The position numbers were made by a program, and so were the translations under genes. From assembly GCA_038279365.1 (NCBI GenBank), contig JAYODI010000028.1, positions 1 to 59,408 of the forward strand: a stretch of DNA of 59,408 bases, in the 5' to 3' direction. How positions within the stretch are numbered: position 1 is the first letter of the stretch; each line of letters starts with the position of its first letter. The DNA is from Candidatus Latescibacterota bacterium (GTDB lineage: Bacteria; Latescibacterota; UBA2968). The notes below the pieces were generated by a model. It was not told the DNA's origin. It was given only the letters and a program-made list of their open reading frames with translations, and searched no databases. Below, piece by piece: positions 50,702-59,408 of this stretch.

Positions 50702-51439
50702 ATGACCACCATGTTGCTCAGTGAATTGGGTCAACGCATTCGTGCCCAACGCGAACGTTTGGGGCTTAAGCAACACGATATTGCCAATGCCTTACAAGTG
50801 AGCCCTCAAGCTGTATCCAAATGGGAACGTGGAGAAAATGGCCCTGATATTGCCACCTTGGCACCTTTGGCAAAATTATTGGGTGTATCAACCGATTGGA
50901 TATTGGATACACACAACGAAGGGCTAGATGTTTTTGATGCAACTGTATTGGTCTCGGGCGTGGCTGGTACGTATGAAAAATCGTTGCGCATGCCCCCCAA
51001 CGAATTTGCTCTTTGGGCCAATGGTTTTTTATCACAAGTAACAGAAGCCATATTGCGCTTTGATGGTGTGCCTATAAAATACATGGCAGACCAATTTTTA
51101 TGTTTTTTTTCGGGTCCAAATCACTCGCAACGAGCTGCGCGTGCGGCAACCTTGGCCAAACGCCTCATCTCTGAGCAAATTGAAATCGTTTTAAATACGG
51201 GCGAAATATATTTAGGTAGCATAGGACATACCGAATACGCCAACCCCGATATTATGGGAAATGTGGTAAACATTGCTTTTTTAATAAGCCGTGAAGACAT
51301 CAAAACCCAAAGTGGCATCTTGGCAACCCACAAGGTCACCGAAAACTTGGCACCCCAATTTGAAACATTACAAATATTAGAACGTAAATTTTACGGCATT
51401 GAGCACCCAGTTCAAATTTGCGAAATTCGTGAAAAATAA
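50702..51439 (+). CDS. XRE-family HTH fused to a degenerate class III nucleotidyl cyclase-like domain
   Basis: HTH QHDIANALQVSPQAVSKWERG; cyclase-like ATVLVSG, IKYMAD, NTGEIYLGSIG and DIMGNVVNIA. Confidence 0.85.
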   Translation: MTTMLLSELGQRIRAQRERLGLKQHDIANALQVSPQAVSKWERGENGPDIATLAPLAKLLGVSTDWILDTHNEGLDVFDATVLVSGVAGTYEKSLRMPPNEFALWANGFLSQVTEAILRFDGVPIKYMADQFLCFFSGPNHSQRAARAATLAKRLISEQIEIVLNTGEIYLGSIGHTEYANPDIMGNVVNIAFLISREDIKTQSGILATHKVTENLAPQFETLQILERKFYGIEHPVQICEIREK

Positions 51440-51514
51440 AATACTTTTCGTTTTTGCAATATTTCCATCACCTCAAAAAACATTTCGTTTATTCATTTTT
51501 TGAAAGGATTTTTC

Positions 51515-52957
51515 ATGGCAAATGCAACAATCAGCAAAGAAATTCAAATTCCAGACTATTCGGGCCTCGATTATAAAGTTGCCGATATGTCACAAGCAGA
51601 CTTTGGGCGAAAAGAAATTATTATTGCAGAACAAGAAATGCCCGGTTTGGTTGCCGTACGTGAAAAATATGGCAAAGAGCAACCCTTAAAAGGTACGCGC
51701 ATCACAGGTTCTTTGCATATGACCATCCAAACAGCTGTGCTCATAGAATCTCTCAAAGCATTAGGGGCCGATGTGCGCTGGGCATCTTGCAATATTTTTT
51801 CTACCCAAGATCATGCCGCTGCCGGTATTGCAGCCACAGGCATTCCCGTTTTTGCTTGGAAGGGTGAATCGTTGGAAGAGTATTGGGAATGTACCTTGCA
51901 GGCATTAAACTTTCCCGAAGGTGGGCCAACTCTCATCGTAGACGACGGTGGCGACGCAACATTATTGATTCACAGAGGCTATCAAGCAGAAAACGATGCT
52001 TCAATACTCGATGAACCAACCAACAACCGCGAGCTTCGCATCATTAATGCGGTTTTAAAGCGTCAACTCGAGCGCAACCCACGATATTGGCACAATATGG
52101 TTGCAGACATCAAAGGGGTTTCAGAAGAAACCACAACAGGCGTTCATCGCCTTTATCAAATGCACAAAGAAGGCAAACTGCTCTTTCCTGCCATCAATGT
52201 GAATGACTCTGTAACCAAATCCAAATTTGACAACCTCTATGGCTGTCGCGAATCATTGGCAGACGGTATCAAACGTGCCACCGATGTGATGATTGCGGGT
52301 AAGGTGGTTGTCGTTTGTGGGTATGGCGATGTAGGCAAAGGTTGTGCCCATTCAATGCGCAGTTATGGTGCACGTGTTATCGTTACGGAAATTGACCCCA
52401 TCTGTGCGCTCCAAGCAGCAATGGAAGGCTTTGAGGTCACCACGGTAGAAGATGCCTTATCAGAAGGCAATATCTATGTGACCACCACAGGTAACGCCGA
52501 TATCATTCGCATTGAACATATGGAAAAAATGAAAGACCAAGCCATTGTGTGTAACATTGGTCATTTCGATAACGAAATTCAAGTCGAAAAACTGATTGAA
52601 TACCCTGGTATTCAGCACGAAAATGTCAAACCACAAGTAGACAAATATACCTTCCCGACAGGCAACGCTATTTACATGTTGGCCGAAGGTCGGTTGGTGA
52701 ACCTCGGTTGTGCGACAGGTCACCCATCATTTGTGATGTCAAACTCCTTTACCAACCAAGTACTGGCTCAAATAGATCTTCAACAAAATGAGCATGAAAT
52801 TGGCGTTTCTGTTTTGTCAAAACAACTTGACGAGGAAGTGGCACGCTTGCACTTAGAAAAACTGGGTGTTAAACTCACAAAACTCACAAAAGAACAGGCC
52901 GACTACATTGGCGTTCCTGTTGAAGGCCCTTATAAGCCTGATCATTATCGTTATTAG
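51515..52957 (+). CDS. ahcY: Adenosylhomocysteinase (SAH hydrolase)
   Basis: [38 protein letters not shown] and GHPSFVMS motifs. Confidence 0.97.
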   Translation: MANATISKEIQIPDYSGLDYKVADMSQADFGRKEIIIAEQEMPGLVAVREKYGKEQPLKGTRITGSLHMTIQTAVLIESLKALGADVRWASCNIFSTQDHAAAGIAATGIPVFAWKGESLEEYWECTLQALNFPEGGPTLIVDDGGDATLLIHRGYQAENDASILDEPTNNRELRIINAVLKRQLERNPRYWHNMVADIKGVSEETTTGVHRLYQMHKEGKLLFPAINVNDSVTKSKFDNLYGCRESLADGIKRATDVMIAGKVVVVCGYGDVGKGCAHSMRSYGARVIVTEIDPICALQAAMEGFEVTTVEDALSEGNIYVTTTGNADIIRIEHMEKMKDQAIVCNIGHFDNEIQVEKLIEYPGIQHENVKPQVDKYTFPTGNAIYMLAEGRLVNLGCATGHPSFVMSNSFTNQVLAQIDLQQNEHEIGVSVLSKQLDEEVARLHLEKLGVKLTKLTKEQADYIGVPVEGPYKPDHYRY

Positions 52958-52966
52958 TCATTTTAA

Positions 52967-53000
52967 AGACGCCCCTGTACTGTTACGTACAGGGGCGTCT
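52967..53000 (+). terminator. Strong hairpin between ahcY and metF with a weak U-tail
   Basis: 14-bp stem AGACGCCCCTGTAC/GTACAGGGGCGTCT. Confidence 0.6.
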
Positions 53001-53058
53001 CTCTTTAACAGAAAAACCCACTCTTCACACCACCCAAATTGCCATCAAAGGTTTTCTT

Positions 53059-53940
53059 ATGCGATTTCCTGAATATTTTCAGAACCCAGAAAAACCTGTT
53101 ATTTCCTTCGAATTATTTCCTCCCAAAACAGATGTGGGCATGCGTACCATTTGTCAAAAGTTATTGCCCAATCTTGCAAAACACAACCCAAGTTACATGA
53201 CGGTCACTTATGGTGCCATGGGATCAACACAAAGCAAAACATTGGAAATTGCCTCGCTGGTAAAAAATGAATTTGGCATAGAGTCGGCCTGCCATCTTAC
53301 ATGCGTGGGGTCATCACAAACTGACATCGACAACACCCTTTCTCAAATACGCGATGCTGGTATTCACAACATTGTTGCCTTACGAGGTGATCCGCCAAAA
53401 GGCTCTGATACATTTATTGCGCCCAAAGATGGCTTTGCTTATGCCAACGAATTGGTTTCTCATATTCGTGCAACCGAACCCAAAGATGCGCCATTTGGCC
53501 TGGCAGTCGCAGGTTATCCTGAAAAGCATATCGAGGCACCCAGCCTCGATTTGGATATCCAAAATCTCAAGCGCAAAGTAGATGCTGGTGGGGACATCAT
53601 CATCACCCAATTATTTTATAACAACAATGACTATTTCAATTTTGTTAAAAAAATTCGTGAAGCAGGCATCCAAGCACCCGTTGTTGCAGGCCTCATGCCC
53701 ATATTGTCTGCCAATCAGATTCAACGCATAACCTCTATGTGTGGTTCTGCCATTCCACCAGATTTGGAAGCCAAATTAAACACAGCCATTGACGACGATG
53801 ACAAAGCAATGGTTATTGGGATCGATCAATGTATTGCACAAGCCACCGAATTGCTCCAAAAAGGTGCCCCAGGCATTCATTTTTATGTGCTTAATAAACA
53901 TACTCACATGGCAGAAATCATGAGCGCATTGCCTCTATAA
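53059..53940 (+). CDS. metF: 5,10-methylenetetrahydrofolate reductase
   Basis: SFELFPPK, VTYGA, HLTC, ALRGD, AGYPE, ITQLF and IHFYVLN motifs. Confidence 0.95.
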   Translation: MRFPEYFQNPEKPVISFELFPPKTDVGMRTICQKLLPNLAKHNPSYMTVTYGAMGSTQSKTLEIASLVKNEFGIESACHLTCVGSSQTDIDNTLSQIRDAGIHNIVALRGDPPKGSDTFIAPKDGFAYANELVSHIRATEPKDAPFGLAVAGYPEKHIEAPSLDLDIQNLKRKVDAGGDIIITQLFYNNNDYFNFVKKIREAGIQAPVVAGLMPILSANQIQRITSMCGSAIPPDLEAKLNTAIDDDDKAMVIGIDQCIAQATELLQKGAPGIHFYVLNKHTHMAEIMSALPL

Positions 53941-54031
53941 ACGAGGTATTTTAAACTTTGTAAATAAAACCAACACACTTATATTGACCTTAAACAAATT
54001 TCTACTTTACCTCACACGAAGGAGACCCTGC

Positions 54032-54382
54032 GTGGAAAAAGTAACCATCTATCACAACCAAAATTGAAGCAAATCGCGAGGCGCGTTAGATATCTTACGC
54101 GACCGAAACGTCGAGTTCGACGTCATTAACTATTTGGAAACACCCGCAACAGAAAAAGAACTCCGAGAATTTCTAAAACTCTTACCTGGTGAACCCAAAG
54201 ATCTGATCCATCCAGGCCCATTTGGTGATCTTGGTCTCAACATAGACGACTTCAACACACCCGATGCACTGGTGGGTTTGCTTTTAGAACACCCCCAAGT
54301 GATGAATCGTCCTGTGTGTATTAGGGGAAATAAGGCTGTTATTGCGCGCCCAGCAGAAAAAATAAACGAAATTCTCGACTGA
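54032..54382 (+). CDS. arsC: ArsC-family arsenate reductase-like protein, probable selenoprotein (in-frame TGA at 54065-54067)
   Basis: AAGGAG RBS then GTG; reads MEKVTIYHNQN*SKSRGALDIL...NRPV...IARP, with the TGA at the HxxxCxxxR catalytic Cys. Confidence 0.82.
54074..54106 (+). promoter_or_regulatory. Candidate bacterial SECIS element
   Basis: GGCGCGT-TAGATATCTT-ACGCGACC hairpin starting 13 nt after the TGA, with an apical G 22 nt downstream. Confidence 0.55.
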
Positions 54383-54390
54383 TTTGATTC

Positions 54391-54433
54391 ACAAAAAAAC
54401 CCGCCACACCCATATGGTATGGCGGGTTTTTTG
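54391..54433. terminator. Bidirectional terminator between the convergent arsC-like and ceramidase-like genes
   Basis: ACAAAAAAACCCGCCA..TGGCGGGTTTTTTGT. Confidence 0.85.
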
Positions 54434-54445
54434 TTTGTAAATATG

Positions 54446-55894
54446 CTACCCCAAAACATCTGCAATCTTTTTAGAAACAGCTTCTATAAGCTTTTCCAAA
54501 CATCCCTTTGCCAAAACAGAAGGCTGTTCCTGATATAATCCTTTGCCATAACAATCTTCTTCTAACAAATACCCGACATTCATAGGCCCCACCAAAGGGG
54601 AAAACACAATCGTCACCTCGGGAAAGCGAGCGCGCAACACGCGTTGAATATAATTATAGGGCTCCCCTCCCGTAGTCACCCAAATGGCATCTCCCATTCG
54701 CAACACCGAAAAAAACATAGGATATGTTTTACCTTCGGGCAAATCCACAACCTTTCCCGCCCAACGCAAAGCACGCTCAGCTTGTGCACCCGCATCACGT
54801 GCCGCAATCACATCGCCTTTTTCATCTGCTTCGTGTTGCTTTTGACGCCAAAAATCTATTTTTTCGTTCAATTCATCCACTGTTGGCAAATCAATATAGG
54901 GCAAATCAACCCGAAACACACCCCCGCCAAATTGAGACACATTGTCCATCCGCATTCCCGTTGCTTCTACATATGCCCAAGTACCCAAAGTCGCGCCAGA
55001 GACCACTGGGCCTTGATATTTAAAATCTGTCTCTGGTGCCCCCATAGAAGCCAACGCAGACAATGCCGCATAGCCTAATTGACGCCCATTCTTATCTGCA
55101 ACCTCAATATCTCCCACAAAACCATCTCGCGGGCCCAAATCACCACAGGCACCCAAAGCAAATACACAAGGCATGCCAGTTTCTTTTTCGACAACCTCAC
55201 GCATTGCGCCAACATAATCTGGGCTAATTAAGGTATTCTCCCAGGCCAATGTGGTTGGGTGACAAGCATAATTGACAACCGAACAAATTCCCTTTCCCAA
55301 GCGATCAGTCAAACGTGCCACCACAACCGTATCATCGGCCACACCTTCAGGATTAAACCCACACATAAATCCTTTGTTTTCTTCATCCCAATAATCCCGA
55401 TTACCCGCCATATTGCACCGACCAACAGCATAGGTAATAATAGCCTCCTGCATCCCCTCAACGGCTGTTTGTGCACCACGGCGCAGTTGGTCTTCCAATT
55501 CTTCAATGTAGGGTTCTATCAATTCTCCACCTGGCAAATTGAGCCGGTTTTTCACAGGAAAACAAGCAGAATGTGTGTGTGAAACAGCCAAAATTACCTG
55601 TTCGGGCAATACATCGGCTCCGTCACAAACAGATTGAACCAAAGCATCGTAATAGGCAGGATCTACAAAACCACAGGCATCCATTTGCACGCGAACAAAG
55701 GGTTTTGCTCGCTCTTGGCTCATATCTTGAAAAGCCATAATTTCGGCGGTTAATGAGCGATGTACGCCCGTTGCTTGATGATGTCGCGCAGCCCCCCAAA
55801 GCGGGTGATAAATACCTATTGGCGGTGTGATATCTCGCCGTGACAATCCAAATAAAACCCGCGACATCGGTGTTTTCACCATTGTATTTTCCAT
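54446..55894 (-). CDS. Neutral/alkaline ceramidase-like (CDase N-terminal domain) Zn amidohydrolase
   Basis: DITPP, SHTHS, NYACHPT, ISPDYVG and GACGD motifs. Confidence 0.78.
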   Translation of the reverse strand: MENTMVKTPMSRVLFGLSRRDITPPIGIYHPLWGAARHHQATGVHRSLTAEIMAFQDMSQERAKPFVRVQMDACGFVDPAYYDALVQSVCDGADVLPEQVILAVSHTHSACFPVKNRLNLPGGELIEPYIEELEDQLRRGAQTAVEGMQEAIITYAVGRCNMAGNRDYWDEENKGFMCGFNPEGVADDTVVVARLTDRLGKGICSVVNYACHPTTLAWENTLISPDYVGAMREVVEKETGMPCVFALGACGDLGPRDGFVGDIEVADKNGRQLGYAALSALASMGAPETDFKYQGPVVSGATLGTWAYVEATGMRMDNVSQFGGGVFRVDLPYIDLPTVDELNEKIDFWRQKQHEADEKGDVIAARDAGAQAERALRWAGKVVDLPEGKTYPMFFSVLRMGDAIWVTTGGEPYNYIQRVLRARFPEVTIVFSPLVGPMNVGYLLEEDCYGKGLYQEQPSVLAKGCLEKLIEAVSKKIADVLG

Positions 55895-56041
55895 CCATAC
55901 ATCCTTTCACACCCTATCATATTTTGTTACAATCTATCACATTTCATTTCATTTTCCAGAAAAAACAAAACCTACATTCCTCGCACAAATTTTACAACTA
56001 AAACAATTAATTACAACAACTTAAAATACAATTTGCATCAG

Positions 56042-56057
56042 TGGCACATTACTTGCC
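56042..56057 (+). promoter_or_regulatory. Sigma54 (-24/-12) promoter
   Basis: TGGCAC-ATTAC-TTGC with exact GG to GC spacing; AT-rich upstream region. Confidence 0.65.
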
Positions 56058-56146
56058 TATGTATATGCTTGGAATATCGGGACTCCAAGAAACCATCCCT
56101 ATGATACCAATAGGGTCACCTTATATCTTTTGCGCGGGGGCAAGAA

Positions 56147-56314
56147 ATGAGAGCACTGCTAAAGTTTCATACACTCAAAGGATTATGCACCGTTGGCTTT
56201 ACCAGTTTGAGTATTCTTTGTCTATCTTCTCTAACTGGAGCTGTGGGCATAGCCCTAAGTCTTGTTTTTTTGTATATAGCCTTATTTACCAGCTTGGCGT
56301 TTCACCGATACTAA
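56147..56314 (+). CDS. Small hydrophobic membrane protein, 55 aa, unannotated
   Basis: GGGGG upstream of the ATG; MRALLKFHTLKGLCTVGFTSLSILCLSSLTGAVGIALSLVFLYIALFTSLAFHRY. Confidence 0.5.
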   Translation: MRALLKFHTLKGLCTVGFTSLSILCLSSLTGAVGIALSLVFLYIALFTSLAFHRY

Positions 56315-56355
56315 AAATTAAAAGATTTATTAAATTTTTTTTAGGGGAATACAAT

Positions 56356-56661
56356 ATGCCGAAACGCCACATCATAACCATCACCTTGATGATGTTATCT
56401 GCATTTTCAGGTGGCGCATTCATGACCTGGGTGCTACAAGATCAACCCGCTTATGCTCAAAGCCGTGATTTTTCACCTGTCACGTGGGATTACCAACGCG
56501 CCACCCACTCTGTATTTGCCAACAACGATATCCAGTTCCAAAAGGAATTGTCCAAATACACATCCGATGGATGGGAGCTGATACAGGTCAACGAAGGACC
56601 GCAATACAGCAACCAAATTATAACATATTGGAAACACATCAACACTTCTGTAGCGTATTAA
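56356..56661 (+). CDS. Small exported or membrane-anchored protein (DUF4177-like WxY..L..GWEL pattern)
   Basis: AGGGGA RBS; hydrophobic N-terminus ending AYA-Q; WDYQ..ELSKYTSDGWELIQV. Confidence 0.7.
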   Translation: MPKRHIITITLMMLSAFSGGAFMTWVLQDQPAYAQSRDFSPVTWDYQRATHSVFANNDIQFQKELSKYTSDGWELIQVNEGPQYSNQIITYWKHINTSVAY

Positions 56662-56671
56662 GCCAAAAAAT

Positions 56672-56706
56672 AAAGCGTCCAGAAAAATCATTTTCCGGAC
56701 GCTTTT
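56672..56706. terminator. Bidirectional terminator between convergent genes
   Basis: AAAGCGTCC(A)GAAAA/TTTTC(C)GGACGCTTT inverted repeat. Confidence 0.7.
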
Positions 56707-57703
56707 AACTTTTCTCAACCGATAGCTCAGCATTGCCTACCCAAGCAGCGGCTATTCGCAATACAGATGCATCGGCATCGGGTTTATGTGCATTTTCACT
56801 GATGTATCGCCGCCAAGCACGGGCACCCGGTTGGCCTTGAAACAACCCTACCAAATGCCTTGACATTTGATTAAGGCGCCGCCCTTTTTCAAGCTGTTGT
56901 TCGACATACATCAGATAATGTTCCAACACTTCATGACGTGATAGAACAGAGCGATCATCTCCAAAAAGTTGACGATCTACATCCACCATAAAATATGGAT
57001 TGGAATAGGCTTCGCGCCCCACCATCACACCATCGACCACCTCCAGATGTTTGCCCACCTCATCTAAAGTCTTAATGCCACCGTTGATACTTACATGCAA
57101 ATGTGGAAAATCGCGTTTAATTTGATAAACCACATCATATTTGAGCGGCGGTACCTCGCGATTCTCTTTGGGGCTTAATCCTTGCAACCAGGCCTTGCGC
57201 GCATGAAAAATAAAAACATCACACCCACCCTCAGACACGATGTCAACAAACCGACTTAATGCTTCATAAGAATCCTGTTCATCAATACCAATGCGAGTCT
57301 TCACGGTAACAGGGATGGACACTGCCTGACGCATGGCCCCGACACAATCGCGAACCAACTCGGGTTCGGCCATCAAACAGGCACCAAATCTCCCGGATTG
57401 TACCCGATCACTTGGGCATCCAACATTGAGATTGATCTCGTCATACCCAAAGTCTTGACCTATCTGGGCACAAATAACCAAGTCATTGGGATCACTACCG
57501 CCCAATTGTAATGCAATGGGATGCTCAAATGGATCATATCCCAACAAATGATGGCGATCTCCATGAACAATCGCTCCAGTTGTAACCATCTCTGTATAAA
57601 GCAATGCCTGCCGTGTAATCAAACGCATAAAATAACGCGCATGTCGGTCTGTGCAATCCATCATTGGTGCAACAGAAAAGGCTCTATTTTTTGTGATATC
57701 CAT
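56705..57703 (-). CDS. dusA: tRNA-dihydrouridine(20/20a) synthase DusA
   Basis: [31 protein letters not shown] and [21 protein letters not shown] motifs. Confidence 0.95.
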   Translation of the reverse strand: MDITKNRAFSVAPMMDCTDRHARYFMRLITRQALLYTEMVTTGAIVHGDRHHLLGYDPFEHPIALQLGGSDPNDLVICAQIGQDFGYDEINLNVGCPSDRVQSGRFGACLMAEPELVRDCVGAMRQAVSIPVTVKTRIGIDEQDSYEALSRFVDIVSEGGCDVFIFHARKAWLQGLSPKENREVPPLKYDVVYQIKRDFPHLHVSINGGIKTLDEVGKHLEVVDGVMVGREAYSNPYFMVDVDRQLFGDDRSVLSRHEVLEHYLMYVEQQLEKGRRLNQMSRHLVGLFQGQPGARAWRRYISENAHKPDADASVLRIAAAWVGNAELSVEKS

Positions 57704-57828
57704 AAATATTCCAAATCTTAACCCACTACATCGTAACCCCTAATCGCACTTCCCAATAAAACCAAAAACGAATCTTGTTCACCCTCAATAGAAAACCATA
57801 TCTCAATCCCAAACCTCTATAAACTAAC

Positions 57829-57866
57829 AAAAAATGAGGTCGATCACCAGAAGTGATCGACCTCAT
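57829..57866 (-). terminator. Intrinsic terminator after the HPR-like gene
   Basis: ATGAGGTCGATCAC/GTGATCGACCTCAT stem followed by a T-run on the minus strand. Confidence 0.8.
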
Positions 57867-57885
57867 GATTTTATGGCATAATAAC

Positions 57886-59031
57886 CTACCCGGCAAATGC
57901 TGCCACACCCACTTCATTGGCATTAACAATACTGGGAGCTGCTTTGGGAGGATTTTCGCCCAAAAATGGCAATACGTTATTCTGATCTTTCCAAGCACCA
58001 TACCCACTCAAAACACCCGCCACATTGCTGGCCGCCAAAATGGCCATCCCTTGGCGTGTCCATTGGGTGGCCGATGCGATATGAGGCACAATAACCACAT
58101 TGGGCAAGTCTTTCAACCCAGGCTTCATTAAAGGTTCATCTTCAAACACATCCAAACCCGCCTTAAAATCTGGATGCGATTTGCAATGCTCTACCAAAGC
58201 CACTTCGTCGATAACTGGGCCCCGACTGGCATTGATCAAAATGGCATTGTCTTTCATGAGCCCCAAACGTTCCTTATTCATCAAATGAAATGTGGTATCA
58301 TCCAACAAAGGATGCAAACTCACCACATCTGACACACGCAAAACCTCTTCTACGGTTTCATAACGTGTCACCTTGACGGGTTCTTCTCCTTGGGCTTTTA
58401 AGAACTCACCATATGCTTTAACATAATTTTCTAAATATTGATTGGGGTAAGGGTCAAAGTAGGCCAAATCCATCTTAAAGCCTTCAATCATCATTTTGGC
58501 ATAGGATGTACCAATCCGCCCAGCACCAATGACACCCACTGTCTTACGGGTCATTAATTCACCCAAATACAAAGAGGGTAACCAACCCGTATATTTTTCT
58601 GCACGCATATACGCATCGGCTTCTATCACACGACGCGCTGCAGAAAACGTTAATGAAACAGCCATCTCGGCTGTCGTTTCAGTTAAAACACCAGGTGTAT
58701 TGCCCACAGGAATACCATATTTGGTGGCTACCCCCACATCCACATTGTTGTATCCCACTGCATAATTGCTATAGGCTTTACCACCGGCATTTTTTAGCGT
58801 TGAAAAAAGTTCTTCCCCCCACTTTTCTGTTAATTGGCCAATCACCCCATCGCATTTATCACCGATTTTGGCTTTGATTTCTTCAATGCTCAAAATCTCG
58901 GTAGAGGTGCCAATATCAACGCGACAATCTGCTGCTGTTAAAATTTCTAACCAACGATCACCTGGTAAGTCTTTGGTGACCACCACCCGTTTGCTTCCGG
59001 ATTCATTATGGGTTTTCCATTCATTGCTCAA
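57886..59031 (-). CDS. Hydroxypyruvate reductase/D-glycerate dehydrogenase, plant HPR1-like
   Basis: GGAGG RBS then TTG; IGDKCDGVIGQLTE, NTPGVLTETTAE, GAGRIG and VPHIASA motifs. Confidence 0.9.
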   Translation of the reverse strand: MSNEWKTHNESGSKRVVVTKDLPGDRWLEILTAADCRVDIGTSTEILSIEEIKAKIGDKCDGVIGQLTEKWGEELFSTLKNAGGKAYSNYAVGYNNVDVGVATKYGIPVGNTPGVLTETTAEMAVSLTFSAARRVIEADAYMRAEKYTGWLPSLYLGELMTRKTVGVIGAGRIGTSYAKMMIEGFKMDLAYFDPYPNQYLENYVKAYGEFLKAQGEEPVKVTRYETVEEVLRVSDVVSLHPLLDDTTFHLMNKERLGLMKDNAILINASRGPVIDEVALVEHCKSHPDFKAGLDVFEDEPLMKPGLKDLPNVVIVPHIASATQWTRQGMAILAASNVAGVLSGYGAWKDQNNVLPFLGENPPKAAPSIVNANEVGVAAFAG

Positions 59032-59189
59032 AGTACGGCCTCCTTTATTACATGAAGATATCAGTAAAACTTAAGACTTGGAATATAATCAACCTGATGT
59101 AGGGATTCAAGTAATTCTCTACCCCATCTCCAAACCAGGCACAAAGACCACCAACTCCCAACACAACACATAAAAAAACAACACCTTAA

Positions 59190-59408
59190 TCACATCCCCA
59201 GATTGCGAATAGCAATGCGTTTTTCACCGATTTCTCGCGAAAGCTTAAGCAGTTCTTGAAAGTGAGACAAGGCAACAGGTTTGGTTAAGACAACATCGGC
59301 AACCTTTTGGGTATCTGCATCTAAGTCTTTCACATATGCCGAAACAATTGCAACAATCGTTTGTGGTCTGATGCCACGAATGACCGCCAAAGCTTCCACC
59401 CCACTTAT
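59190..59408 (-). CDS. Response regulator receiver protein, 5'-truncated by the window edge
   Basis: (ISG)VEALAVIR..IVSAY..VLTKPV, the C-terminal half of a receiver domain. Confidence 0.7.
   Translation of the reverse strand: MSGVEALAVIRGIRPQTIVAIVSAYVKDLDADTQKVADVVLTKPVALSHFQELLKLSREIGEKRIAIRNLGM

Noticed and set aside
51440-51514. SAM or SAH riboswitch upstream of ahcY
   Set aside because: The spacer is short and AT-rich with no recognisable aptamer motif.
54065-54067. Genome-wide UGA reassignment
   Set aside because: TGA ends many intact genes in this window and Trp is encoded by TGG.
56041-56355. Long N-terminal extension of the 206-aa ORF
   Set aside because: It starts inside the sigma54 motif; an RBS and signal-like sequence begin at 56356.
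13921-56706. Several hairpins with similar AATCA-containing loops considered as a REP family
   Set aside because: The stems are unrelated in sequence and each sits at an expected terminator position.

Overview
Bacterial chromosomal window of about 55 protein-coding genes. I found no rRNA, tRNA, CRISPR array, integrase or transposase. Most genes lie on the minus strand, which is G/T-rich throughout. The content suggests a polysaccharide-scavenging heterotroph (Latescibacterota-like by impression only): three PL11-type rhamnogalacturonan lyase-like proteins, an oligogalacturonate lyase, a GH65-like glycosidase, many sugar-acid dehydrogenases/aldolases/enolase-family enzymes, two PhyH dioxygenases, a heterodimeric ABC exporter and an MFS transporter. 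Housekeeping genes include dusB, dusA, an RluA-family synthase, polX, trxA, dksA, larB, ahcY and metF. The most notable items are: (1) an XRE-HTH/degenerate class III cyclase fusion heading ahcY-metF, with a perfect palindrome upstream; it keeps adenine-recognition residues but has lost catalytic ones, so it is a candidate new SAM/SAH-cycle regulator; (2) an ArsC-family gene with an in-frame TGA at the catalytic Cys and a SECIS-like hairpin, a probable selenoprotein truncated in the ORF track; (3) a 2-oxoacid:ferredoxin oxidoreductase whose beta subunit is fused to a CBS pair, with a second stand-alone CBS gene upstream; (4) two unannotated small ORFs (42 aa and 55 aa, the latter behind a sigma54-type promoter); (5) a close bacterial homologue of plant peroxisomal hydroxypyruvate reductase. 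All family calls come from motif recognition by eye, not database searches.
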